From Candidatus Poribacteria bacterium (lineage in GTDB: Bacteria > Poribacteria > WGA-4E > WGA-3G): 62,221 nucleotides of DNA. Positions 1 through 9,454 of the stretch are shown in pieces; position 1 is the stretch's first letter, and each line of letters begins with the position of its first letter. The stretch covers positions 1 through 62,221 of the forward strand of contig JAAXHD010000427.1 of the NCBI GenBank assembly GCA_012271015.1, given 5' to 3'. The notes under the pieces are model-generated. The model saw only the letters and a program-made list of their open reading frames with translations, was not told the DNA's origin and searched no databases. Position numbers and translations under genes: made by a program.

Positions 1-54
1 GTTTAATTATCAAACTCACGTTATATACAGGATAACGACCCAGAAGGCATACGC

Positions 55-345
55 ATGGACCATCAAAGATATATACGGTGGATCGCGCGTATCGGGCTCG
101 GCGACCAATACCCGGGTGCCAATTGGCTTTCCCACTATTGGTATGATCGGAATCTCAAAATCTTCGTCAATCTGACGCGAATCACCGAATCTGCTGATGA
201 CCGGATCATGTTGATTATTGGTGCGGGGCATGTCTATCTGATTCAGCAGTTCCTTGAGGAGTCAGGGGATTACATCATCGAAAGTCCACTCAGATACTTG
301 GATGCGGACGCTGCTGACAAACCTGTATCCGAAGAAACAGAATAA
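55..345 (+). CDS. short ORF resembling the C-terminal end of a DUF5694/GumN-like protein (probable gene fragment)
   Basis: The frame is closed by TAA at 4-6, so no longer N-terminus is possible. The motif RNLKIFVNL...MLIIGAGHVYL recalls C-termini of DUF5694-type proteins (from memory, not searched). No clear SD. Confidence 0.3.
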   Translation: MDHQRYIRWIARIGLGDQYPGANWLSHYWYDRNLKIFVNLTRITESADDRIMLIIGAGHVYLIQQFLEESGDYIIESPLRYLDADAADKPVSEETE

Positions 346-679
346 AAATAATGCCCCCTTTTGGTCTCTAAATCGCGTCCTTAACAACAGAACTTGCGTA
401 AATTAAGCCGAGACCCTGTCTTTGGACAACATAGAAGTTCCCTCTCTGGGATCGGTGCGGTTACAAATCGTGAAGAAATGAAGAAACGCCCTATCAAAAA
501 CCCCAAGCAAAACCCTACCTGTGAAGTGCGTAAGTCCTATAAAATAAGACAATCTTTTCGCGATTAAAGTGTATCCATAATACTCGAGAAGAAAGAACAC
601 TTTTTTACGAATATACAACAACTAAAAGATCTAATCGGGAATCAGTAAAAACAGATTTCACTGTGATTTGGAGGATGAA

Positions 680-1981
680 ATGCGTATAGTCGAAGCAGTA
701 TCCGTCGGAATTTCTGCGATGCGTAGCAACAAAATGCGTTCATTGCTGACGATGCTCGGCATTATCATCGGTGTCGCTTCAGTATTAGCGATGATAGCGA
801 TTGGTGATGGTGCCAAGGAGATTGTCCGGCAAGACGCACAGAAGTTAGGTGGTGCAAATCAGTTCTTTGTGTTCCGGAGTTCGTACAAGCGTGTAAACAA
901 TCGCTGGGTCCGTATCCGAAGTAATGAATATCTGAAATATGAAGACGTTTTAGCAATCGAGGCGGAATGTCCAACTGTGAGTGCAGCCACACCCCAAATC
1001 TGGAACTGGGGCGGCGTGCTCATCCAAGCTTCAGGCGGCTCTGAAGTTCGGGCAGGCTGGAACGGCGTAGATGCCACCTATAACACCGCAATGGATTGGG
1101 ACGTTAAAGACGGACGTTTTATTAGCGGTGAAGACGTTAAAAACGCCTCGAAAGTTTGTGTGCTTGGAGGTGAGGTCGCGACCGCCTTGTTCGGTGATAA
1201 GTCTCCATTAGGACAAGAAATTAAAATCGCACGCGGCAGCGGCTATTACAACCGATGGGGACAAAAAGAGGGTAGACGCTACACGGAACGCTTTACGGTC
1301 GTTGGAACATTCGTGCCACGCGGCACAAGCCTTCGGTTCGGTGTCAGTTTTGACAACCTTGTCTTTATTCCTGTATCTACTATCCAAGAACGCTTCACCG
1401 GCAATGACCAGATTCCGAACATTACCGTCTATGCACACACCGTCAAGGAGGTTCCTAAGGCAGTTGAAGAAGTTAAAACCGTCATCCGAAAACGGCATAG
1501 AAATCAAGACGATTTCATCGAGATCTTTGAGATGCACGCCGGTATGGCGCAATTGGATAAAATCAGTAAAATCATAAAAATCACCTTAGGGAGTATCGCC
1601 GGATTCTCGCTCCTTGTCGGCGGTATCGGGATTATGAACATGATGTTAGTCGCTGTCACCGAACGCACCCGTGAAATTGGGCTTCGGAAGGCACTCGGTG
1701 CAAAATCTCTGGATATCCTGCTTCAGTTCCTCATAGAGTCAGTGATTATGTGCGGTGTCGGTGGTGCAATCGGCGTTGGGTTGGGCATTCTCGCGGGCGA
1801 AGGCATGGCACTGCTCGCCGTCAACATCGTCAAAATTGTTCCCGAATGGCCCTCCGTTATCTCCTTGGAGTGGATACTGATTTCGGTATCAGTCTCAGCG
1901 ATAATCGGCATTTCTTTTGGCTTGTATCCCGCCATAAAGGCATCCTCGCTTACCCCGATTGAAGCCCTTCGCAAAGATTAG
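680..1981 (+). CDS. MacB/FtsX-family ABC transporter permease (no fused ATPase), copy 1
   Basis: N-terminal TM helix (LLTMLGIIIGVASVLAMIAIGDGA), large periplasmic domain, and C-terminal FtsX-type helices (TREIGLRKALGAKSLDILLQFLIES). GGAGG lies 5 nt before ATG 680; the track start at 668 is TTG. Confidence 0.85.
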   Translation: MRIVEAVSVGISAMRSNKMRSLLTMLGIIIGVASVLAMIAIGDGAKEIVRQDAQKLGGANQFFVFRSSYKRVNNRWVRIRSNEYLKYEDVLAIEAECPTVSAATPQIWNWGGVLIQASGGSEVRAGWNGVDATYNTAMDWDVKDGRFISGEDVKNASKVCVLGGEVATALFGDKSPLGQEIKIARGSGYYNRWGQKEGRRYTERFTVVGTFVPRGTSLRFGVSFDNLVFIPVSTIQERFTGNDQIPNITVYAHTVKEVPKAVEEVKTVIRKRHRNQDDFIEIFEMHAGMAQLDKISKIIKITLGSIAGFSLLVGGIGIMNMMLVAVTERTREIGLRKALGAKSLDILLQFLIESVIMCGVGGAIGVGLGILAGEGMALLAVNIVKIVPEWPSVISLEWILISVSVSAIIGISFGLYPAIKASSLTPIEALRKD

Positions 1982-2249
1982 AATTTGGAACAACAAAAAT
2001 ATTTATGGTAAAGCCTCTAATTATACATTACGGTTGGCGAGGTTAGGAAACCTCGCCAGCGAAAATGGTGCACCTGAAGAAGAAAGTTGAGCAGGAACGC
2101 ACCAAACAACACGAAATTATTTTCTTGAGTAAATCACGGAATTTGGTTAAGATATGTGTAGTTAGAAAATGAGGCAATTGTTAATTTTCCTTTCAAACGG
2201 CGATACGTTTCTGAAAGGACACCCTCATTTTTCTTTTGTGGCAGAATTA

Positions 2250-2276
2250 TGCACCCTTTTTTTCTTCATTCGCGTC
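2250..2276 (+). promoter_or_regulatory. degenerate copy of TGCAMS-N17-CGTC motif (candidate ECF-type promoter) upstream of permease A1
   Basis: TGCACC (2250-2255), a 17-nt spacer, then CGTC (2273-2276). Flanks are alignable by eye with the copies at 11542, 12927 and 18078. Confidence 0.3.
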
Positions 2277-2363
2277 CCTTTGGATCCTATCTTTCTTAAA
2301 CCGATTGGTGAAGAAGGACATGCCTATCTCGTCATGCCGAAGAAACTTTAGCAAAGAGAAACA

Positions 2364-3923
2364 ATGTTCCTGACCCTGATACGCCAAGAGTTCTTGATTC
2401 ATCTGATGAGTGCGCGTTTTTTTGCTGCGGTCGTCATCACACTCTTGCTTGTCGTTGCCAATACGTTCGTCTTGATCGGTGTGCACGAGGAACGTCTCGC
2501 CGATTATAGCCAGAGGGAGGCGGTGAATCAAGAGAGCATCGCCACGACACCTACCTATTCGTATTTAAAGTTGAAGGTTCAACGTCCGCCCAATCCGTTG
2601 AGTCTCTTTAATGCTGGCTTAGAGACACGTTTCGGTAGTGATATAGACATAGCATTTGACAGCGTGCCTTCCCTCTCAAATCCCATAATTGATGTTAGAC
2701 CGGAAGAAGAACAGTGGGCATTTGGCAGCGAGCCATCCGTCTCAAGCCCCGGCGCACCCCTCGGTTTAAATAATCCATATCTGCGTCTGTTTTCACAGAT
2801 AGATCTCGTCTTTATCTTTCAAGTTGTGTTGAGTCTACTGTCCCTACTTTTCGCTTATGATGCGATTGCGGGTGATTGGGAAACCGGTACCTTACGTTTG
2901 GTGCTCTCGCACCCCGTTGGACGCGGGAGTGTCCTGCTTGCCAAATATATTGCGGCGATGGTTTGCCTGCTACTCCCGGTACTGATGAGCCTGCTGCTCG
3001 CACTGATTCAGTGTTCGTTCGCGCCTTCCCTACAATTCAACACAGATGATTTTCTGAGAGTTGGGGGGATTGTTTTAACAACAGTCGTCTACCTGTCGGT
3101 TTTTTACCTCATCGGTTTGCTCATTTCCACGACAACTCGCCGAGCTGCTACATCCCTGATGCTCTGTCTGTTCTTGTGGGTGGTTTTGGTACTCGTCTAT
3201 CCGAACTGGAGCCGATTTGCCTTGAATCCGGGGGGCGACATGCGTGGTGAAAAAAGATCTGCTGACCAGCAAATAGCACAGATTCGAGAGGAGGCAGATC
3301 GAGATCGGGATCGGTTCTTAGCTAATACCCCGCTTAAGGGAGACCCTCCACTATTTTTTGATACATTTGCAGGTGTCGATTTCTTTAGAAGGGGACAATG
3401 GTATCTCGGGAATTTGCCTCGAATGAACGTCGAATTGAGAGATACCGAAGACCCTCTGGTAACGCACTTGCGCCGTTATTATGAATTCGCAACGACACTG
3501 CAAATCCGGAGTGCTGAAAAGGTCGGCTTTGTCGTCCAGCAACTAGTGGTGCAGACCTCCCTCCGGCAAGCACGATGGGATGAACGACTCATGAAACTCA
3601 GTCCTGCAAGTCTCTACACGTTTGTAACCGCCGCGTGGGCAGGTACCGATTTAGATAGTATGGTGGATTATATCCGAGCCGCGGGAGCGTACCGACTTAC
3701 TCTCGTTGATGCCTTTCATGAGAGAGAGGCATTTGCGAGCCTGCGATGGTTCTCCACGAATCAAGGGGATATAGACTGGTCAATCTTGCCCCACTTTCAC
3801 TATGAGCGTGCAGATGTCGGCATTAACGCGCAGCGCGCCCTGCCTGAGCTGTTTTTGCTGTTATGCACCAATATCGTCCTATTCATGGCAACATTTTTGA
3901 TTTTTATTAAAGTTGAAGTATAG
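2364..3923 (+). CDS. ABC-2-type permease-like membrane protein (DUF3526-like architecture), paralog A1
   Basis: N-terminal TM, extracytoplasmic loop, and a 5-TM ABC-2 core with the motif AYDAIAGDWETGTLRLVLSHPVGRGSVLLAKY. A ~190-aa charged domain and a terminal TM follow, ending KVEV. Paralog of 14795-16318. Confidence 0.75.
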   Translation: MFLTLIRQEFLIHLMSARFFAAVVITLLLVVANTFVLIGVHEERLADYSQREAVNQESIATTPTYSYLKLKVQRPPNPLSLFNAGLETRFGSDIDIAFDSVPSLSNPIIDVRPEEEQWAFGSEPSVSSPGAPLGLNNPYLRLFSQIDLVFIFQVVLSLLSLLFAYDAIAGDWETGTLRLVLSHPVGRGSVLLAKYIAAMVCLLLPVLMSLLLALIQCSFAPSLQFNTDDFLRVGGIVLTTVVYLSVFYLIGLLISTTTRRAATSLMLCLFLWVVLVLVYPNWSRFALNPGGDMRGEKRSADQQIAQIREEADRDRDRFLANTPLKGDPPLFFDTFAGVDFFRRGQWYLGNLPRMNVELRDTEDPLVTHLRRYYEFATTLQIRSAEKVGFVVQQLVVQTSLRQARWDERLMKLSPASLYTFVTAAWAGTDLDSMVDYIRAAGAYRLTLVDAFHEREAFASLRWFSTNQGDIDWSILPHFHYERADVGINAQRALPELFLLLCTNIVLFMATFLIFIKVEV

Positions 3924-4095
3924 AATGGCGGTCAGCGGTCAGGTCGCTGCACTTTCAGCGATCGGTTAAGAAACACATGTGATGGTTGCTCATGTGCTTA
4001 CTACCACAAACTGCTGATTACCGACTGCACTTACTAATATGGTACAACCGCTCTTTGCTGAAGGCTGATTGCTGATAGCCGACAGCCATAAAAAA
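3924..4095. repeat. intercistronic heptamer-array hairpin element
   Basis: The left arm ggcggtcagcggtcaggtcgctg is roughly complementary to the right arm gctgattgctgatagccgacagcc. It occupies the same position as the element between the paralogs at 16319-16532. Confidence 0.7.
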
Positions 4096-5547
4096 ATGAT
4101 TTGGCATATTGTTACACGTGAACTTTTAGACCATCTCACGAGTCTACGCTTTGGCTTAACCACGTTCATCCTCGTGGCATTGATGGTAACCAACGCTGTT
4201 GGGCATCTTCGGACACATCCACAGCGGATTCGGAAGTATTCCGAGAAGGTTAACGCCTCTCAGACTGAGTTGAAATCCCGAACGGAGTTGTATGCGCTGC
4301 TGCAAAAGGGACCCGGTAAACTTTACAAACGTCCCTCATCCCTCGCCTTCATTGCCGATGGAGGCAATGCGCTTCTACCAGACGAAAGCGTGAGCGGGGG
4401 TTTCTGGAGGCTGTACGGGCTTGCCTATATTTGGTCGATGGGCGTTCCACGTCTGAATATAGAGGCAATCAGCAATCTTCGCCCTAACACCACGGTGATC
4501 GATTGGGTTTTTATCACCACGTATCTGCTCTCTTTTGTTCCGCTCCTCTTTACCTTTGACGCGCTTTCGGGGGAACGGGAACGCGGAACGCTGCGGCTGT
4601 GTCTTGCAAATTCCATTTCGCGCACTGCCCTGTTAGTAGGTAAATTCCTCGGTTCTCTCATCACAGTCCTCATCGCCTTCTATTGTGCCGTGTTGTTCAA
4701 TCTCGCCATCATTTCTACCGGGAGTTGGACGCAGCTCGGCGGTGCGGACTGGGGACGTGTGGGACTCATCCTTCTGATTGCTTCTTGCTACGCTGGTATC
4801 TTCGTTGCAATTGGGCTTATCGTCTCCGCTGTGACCCGAGAAAGCCGGTTAAGTCTCGTTATCCTGTTGCTCATCTGGGTGACCGTCGTGGTGTTTACGC
4901 CATCAACCCTCGGCACCCTCTCAACGGAATGGATGCCCCCCGTTCAAACGCATCACCAATTTCAGATGACAAGAGGGACTGCCTTCGACCAAATTAGAAG
5001 CGATTTCCTAAATAAAAGGGAAAATTTAAAAGAACGCCGTCAATCAGCAGAAACCTCGCAGGAAGAGGTCGCGGGAATAGACCCTTCGGAATTGGAGATC
5101 CAGCAGGAGTTCGTCAACAGAGATATGGAGATGCGTGAGCGGATTAGCCGCCAGCATTTCGCGGCGCAAAGTGCTCAAGTCCTACACGCGAGAAGGATAA
5201 CCCGGTGTTCCCCTGCAGCGGTTGTCCAATACGCCCTTGAATCTATGGCAGGCACCGGCTTTAATCGCCATTTACAATTCTTAAACCAGTGTCGTCTTCA
5301 TATCCAACACTTCCGAAACTTCATCGTTGAAATGGATCGGGAGGATCCAGAAAGTCTTCACTTCATTGGTGTCCGAAAAGGCATGTCGGAAAAGCCTGTC
5401 TCACCAGAGGCTATTCCGATATTTGAGGATAAGTTAACCTTTCAAGATACACTCAACCCGGCAATAATGGATATACTGTTGCTGGTTTTATTGCTCAGTG
5501 TGTTTCTTTCAGGAGCGTTCCTCGTTTTCCTACGTTCGGAGGTATAG
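4096..5547 (+). CDS. ABC-2-type permease-like membrane protein (DUF3526-like architecture), paralog B1
   Basis: Motif FDALSGERERGTLRLCLANSISRTALLVGKF. Same topology as A1 and ends RSEV. ATG 4096 (MIWHIV...) aligns with the start of paralog 16533 (MWHIAK...); the track TTG at 4069 lies inside the repeat. Confidence 0.75.
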   Translation: MIWHIVTRELLDHLTSLRFGLTTFILVALMVTNAVGHLRTHPQRIRKYSEKVNASQTELKSRTELYALLQKGPGKLYKRPSSLAFIADGGNALLPDESVSGGFWRLYGLAYIWSMGVPRLNIEAISNLRPNTTVIDWVFITTYLLSFVPLLFTFDALSGERERGTLRLCLANSISRTALLVGKFLGSLITVLIAFYCAVLFNLAIISTGSWTQLGGADWGRVGLILLIASCYAGIFVAIGLIVSAVTRESRLSLVILLLIWVTVVVFTPSTLGTLSTEWMPPVQTHHQFQMTRGTAFDQIRSDFLNKRENLKERRQSAETSQEEVAGIDPSELEIQQEFVNRDMEMRERISRQHFAAQSAQVLHARRITRCSPAAVVQYALESMAGTGFNRHLQFLNQCRLHIQHFRNFIVEMDREDPESLHFIGVRKGMSEKPVSPEAIPIFEDKLTFQDTLNPAIMDILLLVLLLSVFLSGAFLVFLRSEV

Positions 5548-5649
5548 GGCACCGTGAGAAACACAGTGAAAAATTAGGTGATTTACTTTTTTTAAACCGC
5601 CTCCCGAAAAAGTTCACTCTTTAGGTTAAAATCCAATTGGAAACTGTTT

Positions 5650-6879
5650 ATGCGATACGATCTATCAACGCACACCACTCTAACGGATGAAGAACTCATT
5701 GGGCTTGCACAAGTCGGTGATGAGTTGGCATTTGCGGAACTGATGTCGCGTTATAGTCGACGCATCTGGAAAGTGATTATCGCAAATTCGAGACAACCCC
5801 GCGATGCCGAAGAAATTCTCATGGATGTCTGGAGAACCGTCTGGGAAAATATCAGCGGACTGAGAAGTGTTGAGAGTTTTGGCGGATGGGTGCATCGTAT
5901 TGCTTACAACGCTTGCAAGCGGTACTACGCTACTGCCAGTCGTTCAGGGAATAACATTCCTTATAGTGATGCGGATCTGACGGATCGTATCGACCAAGAT
6001 GCAGTCGCACGTTTCAGGGAAACGGAACGCTACGACGATGTCAGGGAAGCCGTACATCACCTCCCGGATAAAGTGCGCCGCGTTGCGGTCCTATACTATC
6101 TGGAATTGTGGAACGTCAAGGAGATCCACACTGAACTCGGATTGGCGATGGGCACAATCAAGACCAAATTAAGACAGACGCGTGAACTCTTGCGCAAGGA
6201 GTTCGGTGTCGAACCTGAAAGAGGGAGAACTATGTCATCCAAACGAGAAGAATCCAAACGCATCCAAACCAGAATCAAGGTGATCGGTGTCGGTGGCGCG
6301 GGCGGCAACGCCGTTAAACGAATGATTGAAGACGGTTTGACGGACATTGAATTTTATGCCGTGAATACAGACCAGCAAGCACTTGATAAACACCCTGCGG
6401 CAACACCGGTACAGATCGGTGCTAACACCACCCAAGGGCTTGGTTGTGGCGCGAACCCAGAGATAGGTAAAAGAGCCGCTGAAGAGGACAAAGAAACGCT
6501 CAACGCCATCGTTGCGGACGCCGATATTGTCTTTATTATAGCCGGTATGGGCGGCGGAACAGGAGCGGGTGCTTCGCCGCTGATCGCATCTCTCGCGCAA
6601 GCACAGGGTGCCTTGGCTGTAGGTGTTGTGACCTGTCCATTCAATTTTGAAGGTCAACGTCGCGCCGAACAAGCGAAACGTTCGCTACAGAAAATTCAAG
6701 AAAATGCTGATTCTGTCGTTGTCGTGTCAAACCAACAGTTGCTCGATTCGATAGAGCAGAAGCAGAAACTGTCAATGACAATACGCGAGGCGTTTCATCT
6801 AAGTGATGAGACGCTGCACCGAAGTGTTGAAAGAAGCATCTCGGAATTTCATGCCAGTACCCTGTCCCAAGCTACTTAA
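5650..6879 (+). CDS. ECF sigma-70 family factor fused to a truncated FtsZ-like GTPase domain
   Basis: Sigma region 2 (FGGWVHRIAYNACKRYY) and region 4 (VAVLYYLELWNVKEIHTELGLAMGTIKTKLRQTR) are followed in the same frame by IKVIGVGGAGGNAV, GLGCGANPEIG, AGMGGGTGAGASP and VVTCPFNFEGQRR. The ORF ends just after the H7-like helix. Confidence 0.8.
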   Translation: MRYDLSTHTTLTDEELIGLAQVGDELAFAELMSRYSRRIWKVIIANSRQPRDAEEILMDVWRTVWENISGLRSVESFGGWVHRIAYNACKRYYATASRSGNNIPYSDADLTDRIDQDAVARFRETERYDDVREAVHHLPDKVRRVAVLYYLELWNVKEIHTELGLAMGTIKTKLRQTRELLRKEFGVEPERGRTMSSKREESKRIQTRIKVIGVGGAGGNAVKRMIEDGLTDIEFYAVNTDQQALDKHPAATPVQIGANTTQGLGCGANPEIGKRAAEEDKETLNAIVADADIVFIIAGMGGGTGAGASPLIASLAQAQGALAVGVVTCPFNFEGQRRAEQAKRSLQKIQENADSVVVVSNQQLLDSIEQKQKLSMTIREAFHLSDETLHRSVERSISEFHASTLSQAT

Positions 6880-6978
6880 CGTTCTCAGGTAGTGCCAGAG
6901 AAACACTTTTTCACCCCTTTTTAAACGTGAATTTAACCTAATACCATTTCTAAGAGGTTATAAAGGAAAGGTAAAATA

Positions 6979-9207
6979 ATGCACACCGAAATGTTAAGAA
7001 ATATAGAGGACATTCTGTCGATAGAACTGCTCACGCTATTCGATCCAATTGCTGTTTCACCGGATGGGACACAACTTGCTGTTGCTGTTCAAAGTTATTC
7101 CAGAAAACGCGTAGGAGCGGAAAATGATACATATCTTCCAACCGGCTTAGCTGGCTTGCAAGAAGGCAGTGAAATTTGGATTATCAATGTTCAGAGTGGT
7201 GGATCGCGAAATCTTACTCCAAATTGGGGGACGAGTTATAGGCCAGCATGGTCTCCGGATGGAAAAAGATTAGCTTTTTATTCCGATAAGCATAAAACCG
7301 CCCAATTGTGGATATGGGAGGTCGGCGAAGATGAACCGTGGCTCGCGAGTGATGTCAGGATTCAGCCGTTTTTGTCGATGGCACAGCCACCGCTCTGGAC
7401 CGTTGATGGAACACGTATTATCGTTAGGTTGCATTCAGCAGCGGAGACAAATGAAGAGGCATCTCCAGACAAGGAAAAGGCATCGGTAACAATCTTTGCC
7501 AGTCCTATTGTTGGACAATCGGAACATGAATTCCGACCGCGGCGGACTTCGTGGTTTGATGCGCGATATCGCGCAGACCTTGGGATGATAAGGGTTGATA
7601 CAGGGGAAGTCGAAACGTTAGCGCAGGGACTCTATCCATCTGGTATCCGTGTTGCCCCTGATGGAGCAACCGCGGCGTTTACGAGTTTTCAAGGGTTAGA
7701 AAGTAATGCTCAACTCCTTTACGAACTCTATCTTTCGCCGCTAAATGGAGGACCTCCGAAATTACTTGCTGACTCGCTGAAATCTGGATGGGGACGTTTG
7801 TTTATTTGGTCGCCAGATGGTCACTACGTTGTGTTTCCGACAGAGAATAAGGTTGCCAAAGATGAACTTTTGCTCATTTCGACAGTTGACGGTAGCCGAT
7901 TGAATCTCACCCAAGACACCGATATTGAACTGACAAATAATTCGCATCCGCCTTTGTGGAGTTCAGATAGTAAACACCTGTTTTGTGTCGCCCGCGGCGA
8001 TCTCTGGCAAATTACCATTGCTGATCGGACTATTGAAAAACTGACAGACGGATTTGATGGGCGTGTTGTTCGGATTGTTCGGCAAGTGGAAGCGGGCACT
8101 GTTTGGTCGCCAGACTGCGCCGAGTCAATATACATTTATACGGTCCATTCAAACAGCGAACAGCACGGCTTTCATCGCGTCAACCTGCAAACGCGCGAGA
8201 TTACACGGTTGGTTCAGGAAAAACGTAATTATAATCCTATGGGTAGAAACATGGATGTTGCACCCCAAACGGGAGATATTTTCTACAGCATTGAGGACGT
8301 AAATCACGCGCCCGATGTGTGGGTAGCGGATGCCGACTTTCAAAATCCACGGCAACTCACTCGACTGAACCCAAACATTGAAACAGAACCCCTGGGGACT
8401 TCTCAACTCGTCACTTGGCAGACACCTTCTGGAAAAGACCTCAGAGGTGCCTTGCTGCTCCCACCAGACTATGTAGAAGGCAAACACTACCCATTAATTA
8501 CGCAGGTCTACGGTGGTTCTTTTCTCTCATATCAATTTAACGATTTCGGTACGGATCGCTATGGGGGCAATTTTCTGCTGACAAACCAAGACTACGTCGT
8601 CTTTCTTCCCGATACCCCTATGGAAACGAATGCGCCGATCCAAGAGTTAGCGGAGATGGTGCTCTCAGGTATAGATACGCTGATTGATATGGGAATTGCC
8701 GATCCCAGCCGTTTAGGAATAATGGGGCATAGTTACGGAGGTTACTGCGTCAACGCTCTGATTACACAAACATCAAGGTTTAGTGCGGCTGTCAGTAGTG
8801 CCCCGCTCGCGAATCTAATCAGTTTCTATGGGCATTTGACGGAAGAGGGAGATAGTCAGTGGATTCACTGGGCGGAAAAAGAACAAGGCAAAATGGGTGG
8901 ATCGCTTTGGGAATTCCGGGACCGGTATATTGAAAACTCCCCTATCTTTTTTCTTGACAAGGTGGAGACGCCGCTGTTGTTAGTTGTTGGTGCCTTAGAC
9001 GGTGTTCCGGCTGTCCCGCAGGCGGGAGAAATGTTCTCCGGTTTGCGTAGACTTGGGAAAAAAGCCGTTTTGGCACGATATGAGGGTGAAGGACATTCAC
9101 AAGTCACAAATTGGCGTTATCCCAATGTGGCTGATTATTGGCAACGGGTGCTTTCTTGGTTTGATGAACATTTGTCGGAATCGTCGGAAGAGGACCAAGG
9201 ACAGTAA
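6979..9207 (+). CDS. S9 family serine peptidase with N-terminal beta-propeller (acylaminoacyl/prolyl oligopeptidase type)
   Basis: PD40-like repeats (PAWSPDGKRLAFYSD, WSPDGHYVVF) and the nucleophile elbow GHSYGGY. C-terminal hydrolase fold ending ...YEGEGHS. Confidence 0.9.
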   Translation: MHTEMLRNIEDILSIELLTLFDPIAVSPDGTQLAVAVQSYSRKRVGAENDTYLPTGLAGLQEGSEIWIINVQSGGSRNLTPNWGTSYRPAWSPDGKRLAFYSDKHKTAQLWIWEVGEDEPWLASDVRIQPFLSMAQPPLWTVDGTRIIVRLHSAAETNEEASPDKEKASVTIFASPIVGQSEHEFRPRRTSWFDARYRADLGMIRVDTGEVETLAQGLYPSGIRVAPDGATAAFTSFQGLESNAQLLYELYLSPLNGGPPKLLADSLKSGWGRLFIWSPDGHYVVFPTENKVAKDELLLISTVDGSRLNLTQDTDIELTNNSHPPLWSSDSKHLFCVARGDLWQITIADRTIEKLTDGFDGRVVRIVRQVEAGTVWSPDCAESIYIYTVHSNSEQHGFHRVNLQTREITRLVQEKRNYNPMGRNMDVAPQTGDIFYSIEDVNHAPDVWVADADFQNPRQLTRLNPNIETEPLGTSQLVTWQTPSGKDLRGALLLPPDYVEGKHYPLITQVYGGSFLSYQFNDFGTDRYGGNFLLTNQDYVVFLPDTPMETNAPIQELAEMVLSGIDTLIDMGIADPSRLGIMGHSYGGYCVNALITQTSRFSAAVSSAPLANLISFYGHLTEEGDSQWIHWAEKEQGKMGGSLWEFRDRYIENSPIFFLDKVETPLLLVVGALDGVPAVPQAGEMFSGLRRLGKKAVLARYEGEGHSQVTNWRYPNVADYWQRVLSWFDEHLSESSEEDQGQ

Positions 9208-9248
9208 GTATAACCAGCAGTGAATTTGATCATTTTCTCAAGGAGACA

Positions 9249-9317
9249 TTCCATCTCAGCAATGAAATGCTACTCTCCAGTGTTGAAAGCATCTCGGAAG
9301 TTCATGCTGCAAATTAG
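9249..9317 (+). pseudogene. relic copy of the 3-prime end of the FtsZ-like ORF
   Basis: Translates to FHLSNEMLLSSVESISEVHAAN-stop, compared with FHLSDETLHRSVERSISEFHAS at 6793-6856. The nucleotide alignment is obvious by eye, with one 3-nt indel. Confidence 0.55.
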
Positions 9318-9366
9318 ATGTTAGTTTGAATATATAGTTAGCGTAGAGATTTAACGTAAAAACGTT

Positions 9367-9405
9367 TTGATGAGGGTTAAGAATCAAGTGCTTAACCCTC
9401 ATCAA
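9367..9405. other. perfect 15-bp-stem hairpin (possible terminator/REP-like)
   Basis: ttgatgagggttaag, a 9-nt loop, then cttaaccctcatcaa. There is no T-tract on the plus strand. Confidence 0.5.
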
Positions 9406-9454
9406 ATTGTAAAGCCAGTTCCTAAACATATTCTGAATCGGAGGAAGTTAATTA

